Shown here piece by piece: positions 26,904-33,570 of a stretch of DNA of 33,570 nucleotides (positions within the stretch are counted from its first letter, which is position 1; the number at the start of each line of letters is the position of its first letter). Source of the DNA: Lachnospiraceae bacterium (GTDB taxonomy: Bacteria > Bacillota > Clostridia > Lachnospirales > Lachnospiraceae); the NCBI GenBank assembly GCA_045641825.1, contig JAZUHR010000283.1, forward strand, positions 1 through 33,570, in the 5' to 3' direction. The notes below the pieces were generated by a model. The model saw only the letters and a list, made by a program, of their open reading frames with translations, made no database searches and was not told where the DNA came from. Both the position numbers and the translations under genes were made by a program.

Positions 26904-29900
26904 ATGTCTAGAGTTAAACAGTCTATGGACGGTAATACCGCAGCAGCTCACGTAGCGTATGCTTATACAGATGTTGCAGCTATTTACCCCATCACTCCTT
27001 CCAGCCCTATGGCAGACTATGTTGATCAGTGGTCAGCTCAGGGTCAGGAAAACATTTTCGGTAATCAGGTTAAGGTTGTAGAGATGCAGTCTGAGGCCGG
27101 CGCAGCAGGTACCGTACACGGTTCCCTTGGCGTAGGTGCCATCACCACTACATTTACTGCATCACAGGGTTTGCTCCTGATGATCCCAAATATGTACAAG
27201 ATTGCAGCTGAGCAGCTTCCTTGCGTATTCGATGTTTCCGCACGTACAGTAGCTACCCAGTCCCTCAACATCTTCGGTGACCACTCCGACGTTTATGCAT
27301 GTCGTCAGACAGGTTTCGCTATGATGTGTGAGACAAATCCTCAGGAAGTTATGGATCTTTCTCCTGTAGCTCATCTTGCAGCTATCGAGGGTAAGGTTCC
27401 TTTCCTTAACTTCTTCGACGGTTTCCGTACTTCCCATGAGATCCAGAAGATCGAGAAGTGGGACTATGCAGATCTGAAGGAAATGTGCAATTTCGATTCC
27501 ATCAAGGCTTTCCGCGAGCATGCTCTCAATCCTGAGCATCCTGCTATGCGCGGTTCTCACGAGAACGGCGATGTATTCTTCCAGCACAGAGAAGCTTGTA
27601 ACACAGTTTACAATGAGCTTCCTGCAGTAGTTGAGAAGTATATGAAGAAGGTTAACGAGAAGCTTGGTACAAACTATGATCTCTTTAACTACTACGGTGC
27701 TCCTGATGCTGAGAGAGTAATCGTATGTATGGGTTCTTTCTGTGACGTTATCGAGGAAGTTATCGATTACCTTACAGCAAAGGGCGAGAAGGTTGGTCTC
27801 ATTAAGGTTAGACTCTACAGACCTTGGGTATCTGAGAGCTTCCTTAAGGTTCTTCCTAAGACAGCTAAGAAGGTAGCAGTTCTTGACCGTACAAAGGAGC
27901 CCGGTGCTCTGGGCGATCCTCTCTACCTTGATGTTGCAGCTACTCTTCGTGAGGCTGAGCTTAACGACATCGTTCTTACAGGCGGTCGTTACGGTCTTGG
28001 TTCCAAGGATACACCTCCTTCATCCGCATTCGCTATTTTCAAAGAGCTGGAGAAGGATGCTCCAAAGAGAAGATTTACAGTTGGTATCGTAGATGACGTT
28101 ACAAATCTGTCTCTTCCTGAGGTTAAGCCTGCTCCTATCACATCTGCTCCCGGTACAAAGGAATGCAAGTTCTGGGGTCTCGGCGGTGACGGTACTGTAG
28201 GTGCTAATAAGAACTCTACAAAGATCATCGGTGACCATACAGATAAGTATATCCAGGCATACTTCCAGTATGACTCCAAGAAGACAGGCGGTATCACCAT
28301 TTCTCACCTGAGATTCGGTGACAACCCTATCAAGTCCCCATATTACATCAACCAGGCTGACTTCGTTGCATGCCACAATCCTGCATACGTTATCCAGGGC
28401 ATGAAGATGGCTCAGGATGTTAAGCCGGGCGGTGTATTCATGATCAACTGCCAGTGGTCTGATGAGGAGCTCGCTGAGCACCTTAATGCAGAAGCTAAGC
28501 AGTACATCGCAAAGAACAATATCCAGCTTTACACCATCAACGCTATCGATAAGGCTATCGAGATCGGTATGGGTAAGCGTACAAATACTATCCTTCAGTC
28601 CGCATTCTTCAAGCTCGCTGACGTTATGCCAATCGCTGAGGCTATTGACTACATGAAGCAGGCTGCAAAGAAGTCCTACGGTAAGAAGGGTGATGCAGTA
28701 GTTGAGATGAACTACAAGGCTATCGACGCAGGTGTTGATGCTATCCACAAGGTAGAGGTTCCTGCTGATTGGGCGAGCGCAGTAGATGCTCCTAAGGCAA
28801 ATACACGTACAGGTCGTCCTGCTACAGTAGACATGGTTAACAAGCTCCTTGATCCTATCGGACGTATGGATGGTGACAGCCTTCCTGTATCCGCATTCAA
28901 GGATATTGCTGATGGTCAGTTCGAGACAGGTGCTTCCCAGTACGAGAAGCGTGGTACAGCAGTTATGGTTCCTGAATGGGATGCTGCTTCCTGTGCTCAG
29001 TGTAACTCCTGTGCATTCGTATGTTCACATGCTACAATCCGTCCATTCATCCTGAATGAGGACGAAGTAGCTAAGGCTCCTGCAAATATTAAGCTTGCAG
29101 GCTCCAAGCATGCAGTAGATGCTACACTTAAGTACACAATGAGCGTATCTCCTCTTGACTGTATGGGTTGTGGTGAGTGTGTAACTGTTTGTCCTAAGGC
29201 AGGCGAAGCACTTAAGATGGTTCCTCAGGAATCTCAGTCCGCAGAGCAGCCTGTATTCGACTACCTGGTTGCTAACGCTACAAAGAAAGAGATTAAGCCT
29301 GTATTCCAGGGTGCATCTCCTATCGGTTCTCAGTACAATCAGCCACTCCTTGAGTTCTCCGGCTCTTGTGCAGGCTGTGCAGAGACATCTTATGCAAGAC
29401 TTATTACACAGCTCTTCGGTGAGCATATGTATATCTCCAACGCTACAGGTTGTTCCTCTATCTGGGGTGGTCCTGCAGCTACATCACCTTACACTGTAAA
29501 CAAGGAGTCCCTTATGGGTCCTGCTTGGGCAAATTCCCTCTTCGAGGATAACGCTGAGCACGGTCTTGGTATGCAGGTAGGTCAGAAGGTAATTCGTGAT
29601 CAGCTCATCAAGAAGGTAGAGAAGATCGCAGAGTCCGATAAGGCATCTGATGCACTTAAGGCTGCTATCGCTAAGTACCTTGAGACAATCGATGATACAA
29701 AGACAAATACTGATGCTGCTAACGCTATGGTGGCTGAGCTGGAGAAGCTTGACTGCGATTGCGCTAAGGAGATCCTTGAGAAGAAGTCTTACCTTGGTAA
29801 GAAGTCCGTATGGATCTTCGGTGGTGACGGTTGGGCATACGATATCGGTTTCGGTGGTCTTGACCACGTTCTTGCTTCCGGTGAGAATGTAAACGTTATG

Positions 29901-30467
29901 GTATTCGATACAGAAATGTACTCCAATACAGGCGGTCAGGCATCCAAGGCTTCCAACATCGGTGAAGTTTGTCAGTTCGCTGCTGCAGGTAAGGAAATGA
30001 AGAAGAAGTCTCTGGCAGAGATCGCTATGAGCTATGGCTACGTTTACGTTGCACAGATCGCTCTTGGTGCAAATCCTGCACAGGCTGTTAAGGCTATCGC
30101 AGAGGCTGAGGCTTACAACGGTCCTTCACTTATCATTGGTTACGCTCCTTGCGAACTTCACGGTATCGCTAAGGGTGGTATGAACCACTGCCAGGATGAG
30201 ATGAAGAAGGCTGTTAAGGCCGGTTACTGGAACCTCTTCACATTCAATCCTGAGCTTAAGGCACAGGGCAAGAATCCATTCACACTTACATCCAAGGAAG
30301 GTGATGGCTCATATCAGGACTTCCTTAAGAATGAGGCTCGTTACACAGCTCTTAGTCTTAAGTTCCCTGAGAGAGCAGAAGAACTCTTCGCTAAGTCTGA
30401 GGACGCAGCTAAGGAGCGCTTCAGCCACCTGACCAAGCTTGTAAAGCTCTATGGTAACGAAGAATAA
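26904..30467 (+). CDS. nifJ: Pyruvate:ferredoxin (flavodoxin) oxidoreductase, single-polypeptide PFOR
   Basis: 1187 aa. The N-terminus is MDGNTAAAHVAYAYTDVAAIYPITPSS. Two 4Fe-4S motifs are CAQCNSCAFVCSHA and CMGCGECVTVCP. The TPP site is GGDGWAYDIGFGGLDH. Codon bias is strongly expression-type. Confidence 0.95.
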   Translation: MSRVKQSMDGNTAAAHVAYAYTDVAAIYPITPSSPMADYVDQWSAQGQENIFGNQVKVVEMQSEAGAAGTVHGSLGVGAITTTFTASQGLLLMIPNMYKIAAEQLPCVFDVSARTVATQSLNIFGDHSDVYACRQTGFAMMCETNPQEVMDLSPVAHLAAIEGKVPFLNFFDGFRTSHEIQKIEKWDYADLKEMCNFDSIKAFREHALNPEHPAMRGSHENGDVFFQHREACNTVYNELPAVVEKYMKKVNEKLGTNYDLFNYYGAPDAERVIVCMGSFCDVIEEVIDYLTAKGEKVGLIKVRLYRPWVSESFLKVLPKTAKKVAVLDRTKEPGALGDPLYLDVAATLREAELNDIVLTGGRYGLGSKDTPPSSAFAIFKELEKDAPKRRFTVGIVDDVTNLSLPEVKPAPITSAPGTKECKFWGLGGDGTVGANKNSTKIIGDHTDKYIQAYFQYDSKKTGGITISHLRFGDNPIKSPYYINQADFVACHNPAYVIQGMKMAQDVKPGGVFMINCQWSDEELAEHLNAEAKQYIAKNNIQLYTINAIDKAIEIGMGKRTNTILQSAFFKLADVMPIAEAIDYMKQAAKKSYGKKGDAVVEMNYKAIDAGVDAIHKVEVPADWASAVDAPKANTRTGRPATVDMVNKLLDPIGRMDGDSLPVSAFKDIADGQFETGASQYEKRGTAVMVPEWDAASCAQCNSCAFVCSHATIRPFILNEDEVAKAPANIKLAGSKHAVDATLKYTMSVSPLDCMGCGECVTVCPKAGEALKMVPQESQSAEQPVFDYLVANATKKEIKPVFQGASPIGSQYNQPLLEFSGSCAGCAETSYARLITQLFGEHMYISNATGCSSIWGGPAATSPYTVNKESLMGPAWANSLFEDNAEHGLGMQVGQKVIRDQLIKKVEKIAESDKASDALKAAIAKYLETIDDTKTNTDAANAMVAELEKLDCDCAKEILEKKSYLGKKSVWIFGGDGWAYDIGFGGLDHVLASGENVNVMVFDTEMYSNTGGQASKASNIGEVCQFAAAGKEMKKKSLAEIAMSYGYVYVAQIALGANPAQAVKAIAEAEAYNGPSLIIGYAPCELHGIAKGGMNHCQDEMKKAVKAGYWNLFTFNPELKAQGKNPFTLTSKEGDGSYQDFLKNEARYTALSLKFPERAEELFAKSEDAAKERFSHLTKLVKLYGNEE

Positions 30468-30480
30468 TTAGCATACATTT

Positions 30481-30512
30481 CCCCGTTCTCTTTTGAGGAC
30501 GGGGATTTTTTT
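30481..30512 (+). terminator. Intrinsic terminator after PFOR gene
   Basis: CCCCGTTCTC-TTTT-GAGGACGGGG (10 bp with one G-U), followed by ATTTTTTT. Confidence 0.85.
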
Positions 30513-30549
30513 GCTCGCTCCACTCGTTGGGAGAAAAGGGAATTTTTTG

Positions 30550-30578
30550 TTGACATGAAGGGAGATTAGTGTTAATTT
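30550..30578 (+). promoter_or_regulatory. Candidate promoter of the mgtE leader
   Basis: TTGACA (30550-30555), a 17-nt spacer, then TGT-TAATTT (extended -10, hexamer at 30573-30578). Confidence 0.5.
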
Positions 30579-30615
30579 TTTCATAGAGAAATACAGAAAA
30601 AGGAAAGGAGTTTAT

Positions 30616-30705
30616 ATGGACGTTCCTGATTGTCACAGTACAAACATGAAGTTAGAGACAATGAAAACAAAGACGGACGAAGACTCCTTTTCGCGAGACA
30701 GATAA
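30616..30705 (+). CDS. Candidate 29-codon leader peptide (MDVPDCHSTNMKLETMKTKTDEDSFSRDR)
   Basis: ATG lies 5 nt after AAAGGAAAGGAG. The frame is open to TAA 30703-30705, entirely inside the mgtE leader. It is too short for the ORF track, and I have no homology evidence. Confidence 0.25.
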   Translation: MDVPDCHSTNMKLETMKTKTDEDSFSRDR

Positions 30706-30737
30706 GAGGCTTAGTTTATAGTGCTTTGTGCTTCGTT

Positions 30738-30773
30738 GTCTTCATGGCGTGTGCTATGAAGACTTTTTATTTT
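30738..30773 (+). terminator. Intrinsic terminator inside the mgtE leader (attenuator)
   Basis: GTCTTCATGG-CGTGTG-CTATGAAGAC (10 bp with one G-U), then TTTTTATTTT. GGAGG and ATG 30784 follow immediately. Confidence 0.7.
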
Positions 30774-30783
30774 GGAGGAAAGC

Positions 30784-32193
30784 ATGGAAGAAGAGATTTT
30801 GGAAGAAGAATATTCTGCGGTGGATGAGATCGTTTCCATCGTCAGAAGTGGAAAAGAATATGGGGAAATTCTGGAGGAACTGGATAATTACCACGAGAAC
30901 GATATAGCGTCGGCTCTGGAATTTTTGACAGTAGATGAAAGAAAAGCCTTGTATAGAATACTGGGCGTTGAGCGCATGTCTGATATTTTTGCCTATCTGG
31001 ACGATGTGGCTGTCTACCTGGAAGAGCTTGGTCTTGAAAAAGCGGCAGACGTCATTGAGCAGATGGATGCGGATGATGCCGTGGACGTCCTGGATGAGAT
31101 CGAGGACGAGGAGACCAGGGACAAAATTATCTCCCTCATGGATGAAGAGGCGCAGGACGATATCGAGCTGATTTCGTCCTACGAGGAGGATGAAATTGGT
31201 AGTATGATGACTACCAATTACGTAGCGGTGAATAAGAATTCTACGGTTCCGGAGGCTATGAGCTCCCTTATCAGCCAGGCCGGGGATAATGATAATATCA
31301 ATACCATTTATGCCGTAGATGAGAATGATCACTATTATGGTGCCATTGAGCTTAGAGACCTTATTATTGCCAGACGTAATGTTCCCCTGGAGGACATCAT
31401 TTCCACGGCTTACCCTACAGTGGGGGACAAGGAGAGCATCAGTGAAAATCTGGAGCGCATCAAGGAATACTCCGAGGACTCCATTCCTGTAGTGGATGAA
31501 GAGGGGAAATTACTGGGTGTTATCACATCAGCGGATATCGTGGAAGCCGTTGATGATGAGATGGGCGATGACTACGCGAAGCTGGCAGGTCTTACGGAAG
31601 AGGAAGACTTGAATGAGCGCCTTACGGAAAGTATGAGAAAAAGACTGCCCTGGCTGATTCTTCTCTTTTTCTTAGGAATGGGTGTATCGTCGGTAGTCGG
31701 ACTTTTCGAGGCGACAGTATCACAGATAGCCATTCTTTTTTGCTTCCAGTCACTGGTACTGGGTATGGCAGGTAACGTAGGCACTCAGTCGCTGGCTGTT
31801 ACCATTAGAGTCCTTATGGATGAAAATATCACCGGCGTGGAGAAGTTTAAGTTTGTTTTTAAAGAGGTCAGAGTAGGCTTTACCAACGGTGCCCTTCTGG
31901 GTCTCAGCGCTTGCGGCCTGGTGGCTTTGTATCTGCATTTCTTTAAGGATTGCACCTGGAGTTATGGTTTTTCAGTGGCGGCCTGCGTAGGCGTGGCACT
32001 TTTAGTATCCATGATAGTATCCAGCCTTATGGGTACTGTGATTCCTATGTTTTTCCACAAGCTTCACGTGGATCCGGCTGTAGCATCCGGACCGCTTATT
32101 ACTACAGTCAATGACCTGGTAGCGGCAATTACCTACTACGGTCTTGCGAATGTGCTGCTGATCCAGCTTTTGCATATTGGACAGGTTTTATAA
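30784..32193 (+). CDS. mgtE: Magnesium transporter MgtE (copy 1)
   Basis: N-domain acidic helices (DADDAVDVLDEIEDEETRDKI), a tandem CBS region, and TM-domain motifs MAGNVGTQSLAVTIRV and DPAVASGPLITTVNDL. ATG 30784 lies 5 nt after GGAGG. Confidence 0.9.
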   Translation: MEEEILEEEYSAVDEIVSIVRSGKEYGEILEELDNYHENDIASALEFLTVDERKALYRILGVERMSDIFAYLDDVAVYLEELGLEKAADVIEQMDADDAVDVLDEIEDEETRDKIISLMDEEAQDDIELISSYEEDEIGSMMTTNYVAVNKNSTVPEAMSSLISQAGDNDNINTIYAVDENDHYYGAIELRDLIIARRNVPLEDIISTAYPTVGDKESISENLERIKEYSEDSIPVVDEEGKLLGVITSADIVEAVDDEMGDDYAKLAGLTEEEDLNERLTESMRKRLPWLILLFFLGMGVSSVVGLFEATVSQIAILFCFQSLVLGMAGNVGTQSLAVTIRVLMDENITGVEKFKFVFKEVRVGFTNGALLGLSACGLVALYLHFFKDCTWSYGFSVAACVGVALLVSMIVSSLMGTVIPMFFHKLHVDPAVASGPLITTVNDLVAAITYYGLANVLLIQLLHIGQVL

Positions 32194-32205
32194 GGAGGGG
32201 AGAAA

Positions 32206-33570
32206 ATGAGCGAAGAAGAAAAAGAACTTACCTCCGTTGAAGAACTGGTAGAGCTTGTCAGAAGCGGCTTAAGCAATGACGAGCTTCTGGAAGCTATCGA
32301 CAATTATCATGACAATGATATTGCCCAGTCGCTCCAGTTTATTTCAGCCGAAGAAAGAAAAAATCTCTATAAAATCCTCGGCATTGAGCGTATGTCCGAT
32401 ATTTTCACATATCTGGACGATGTCGAGGAATTCCTGCAGGAAATCGGCCTGGAAAAAGCAGCCGACGTCATCGAACAGATGGATGCCGACGACGCTGTCG
32501 ATGTCCTGGAGGAAATCGAGGATGAGGAGACCAGAGACAAGATTATCGCCCTCATGGATGAAGAGGCTCAGGATGACATTGAGCTGATTTCATCTTATGA
32601 AGACGATGAGATCGGTAGTATGATGACTACCAACTATGTCTTTGTTTCCAAGAACGCTACTGTGCCTGAGGCTATGGATTCCCTGGTAAAGCAGGCCGGT
32701 GAAAATGATAATATCAACACGATCTACGCGATTGACGAGCAGGAAATGTACTACGGTGCCATTGAGCTCCGCGACCTGATCTGTGCCAGAAGAAATGATT
32801 CTCTGGACAGCATTATTTCCACTGCCTACCCGACAATCGGCGACAAGGAAATAATCAGTGAAAATCTGGAAAGACTGAAGGAATACGAAGAAGACTCCAT
32901 CCCTGTTGTGGCAGAGGACGGAAAATTAATCGGTGTTATCACCTTCCAGGACATCATCGAAGCCGTTGATGATGAGATGGGCGATGACTACGCGAAGTTC
33001 GCAGGTCTTACCGAAGAAGAGGATCTGCACGAAAAGCTTCTTGAAAGTATGAAAAAAAGACTGCCCTGGCTGATTCTTCTCTTTTTCCTGGGGATGGGAG
33101 TATCTTCCGTAGTAGGACTTTTTGAGGCTACGGTTTCCAGAATTGCTATTCTTTTCTGCTTCCAGTCACTGGTACTGGATATGGCGGGTAATGTAGGTAC
33201 CCAGTCACTGGCTGTTACCATCAGAGTCCTGATGGATGAAAATATTACCGGCATGAAGAAATTCAAATTCCTGTTAAAGGAAATCAGGGTAGGTGCCACC
33301 AACGGACTTATCCTGGGCGGCAGTGCCACACTTTTGGTAGCAGGTTACCTTCACCTCTTAAAGGGCAGTGAGTGGGGATATGCTTTTGCTGTAGCGGCTT
33401 GCGTAGCAATAGCTCTTTTGGTATCCATGATTATTTCAAGCCTTGTAGGCACGGCGATACCTATGTTTTTCCACAAGATTCACGTAGATCCTGCGGTAGC
33501 ATCGGGTCCCTTCATCACTACCATTAATGACCTGGTAGCGGCAATTACCTACTATGGCCTTGCCAATCTC
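32206..33570 (+). CDS. mgtE: Magnesium transporter MgtE (copy 2, tandem paralogue; 3' end outside window)
   Basis: Hand translation from ATG 32206 (after AAGGAGGGG) gives MSEEEKELTSVEELVELVRSG...DADDAVDVLEEIEDEETRDKI...MAGNVGTQSLAVTIRV...DPAVASGPFITTINDL. The frame is open for 455 codons to the window edge. It is missing from the ORF track because no stop is reached. Confidence 0.9.
   Translation, partial: MSEEEKELTSVEELVELVRSGLSNDELLEAIDNYHDNDIAQSLQFISAEERKNLYKILGIERMSDIFTYLDDVEEFLQEIGLEKAADVIEQMDADDAVDVLEEIEDEETRDKIIALMDEEAQDDIELISSYEDDEIGSMMTTNYVFVSKNATVPEAMDSLVKQAGENDNINTIYAIDEQEMYYGAIELRDLICARRNDSLDSIISTAYPTIGDKEIISENLERLKEYEEDSIPVVAEDGKLIGVITFQDIIEAVDDEMGDDYAKFAGLTEEEDLHEKLLESMKKRLPWLILLFFLGMGVSSVVGLFEATVSRIAILFCFQSLVLDMAGNVGTQSLAVTIRVLMDENITGMKKFKFLLKEIRVGATNGLILGGSATLLVAGYLHLLKGSEWGYAFAVAACVAIALLVSMIISSLVGTAIPMFFHKIHVDPAVASGPFITTINDLVAAITYYGLANL

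Larger units (their letters stand above)
30585..30783 (+). promoter_or_regulatory. Structured ~200-nt 5' leader of mgtE (attenuator/riboswitch-like, not recognisably a canonical M-box)
   Basis: A long-range helix pairs GGAAAGGAGT (30602-30611) with ACTCCTTTTC (30683-30692). GAAGAC (30679-30684) is complementary to GTCTTC (30738-30743) of the terminator 5' arm. The terminator ends at the mgtE RBS. Confidence 0.45.

Noticed and set aside
30585-30783. Canonical M-box (ykoK) Mg2+ riboswitch upstream of mgtE
   Set aside because: It is expected from gene context, but I could not find the conserved 5' GUUAGGUGAGGC and 3' GCUAAAGCUCUACG blocks at appropriate spacing. Only short partial resemblances exist. 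I report the region as an unclassified leader, and a covariance-model search is needed to settle it.
30630-30827. 65-aa TTG-initiated ORF overlapping the mgtE start
   Set aside because: It has no RBS, spans the leader terminator and is out of frame with mgtE. The SD-preceded ATG uORF at 30616 is a better small-ORF candidate.
32276-32587. 103-aa + strand ORF listed in the track
   Set aside because: It is out of frame within the second mgtE copy. The true frame starts at ATG 32206 and is homologous to copy 1 throughout.
1-33570. Defence islands, CRISPR arrays, transposons, prophage or integrative elements, tRNA/rRNA genes
   Set aside because: I scanned both strands. I found no repeat-spacer arrays, no inverted-repeat-bounded segments, no transposase, integrase or recombinase-like ORFs, and no tRNA-like T-arm motifs. 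Gene content is uniformly housekeeping, with a consistent coding strand.

Overview
The window reads as a housekeeping chromosomal segment from a low/medium-GC Firmicute. Gene content and order look Clostridia/Lachnospiraceae-like, but that taxonomic call is inference only. All 26 convincing genes are on the + strand. Many have overlapping stop/start codons (ATGA, TAATG), which indicates long operons.

Gene order:
- proS (3' end), cca, a PEGA-domain membrane protein, pgcA-type phosphohexomutase
- two uncharacterised membrane proteins, cdaA-cdaR (c-di-AMP synthase module), an HtrA-like protease
- a divergent ClpX-like unfoldase, a CehA/McbA-type PHP metallohydrolase
- hisC, queH, a dGTPase-like HD protein, dnaG, sigA/rpoD, trmK, a TGS-uridine-kinase-like fusion
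- RNase P RNA (type A)
- a double AP2-domain protein, a SleB-family cell-wall hydrolase, thrC, PFOR (nifJ)
- two tandem mgtE paralogues; the second runs off the window end and is absent from the ORF track

I see no CRISPR array, transposase, integrase, tRNA/rRNA gene or recognisable defence island. I cannot point to a convincing new multi-gene system.

The leads most worth a second look:
1. A roughly 200-nt mgtE leader carrying an SD-preceded 29-codon uORF and an intrinsic terminator that abuts the mgtE RBS. I could not align it to the canonical M-box.
2. A ClpX-like protein with a ~110-aa low-complexity insert and no RKH loop, followed by an uncharacterised PHP hydrolase.
3. A tandem-AP2 protein with a degenerate HNH-like motif directly downstream of rnpB.
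4. SigA with a ~185-aa Lys/Glu/Ala-repeat N-terminal extension.

The minus-strand ORFs in the track all look like antisense shadows of + strand genes.
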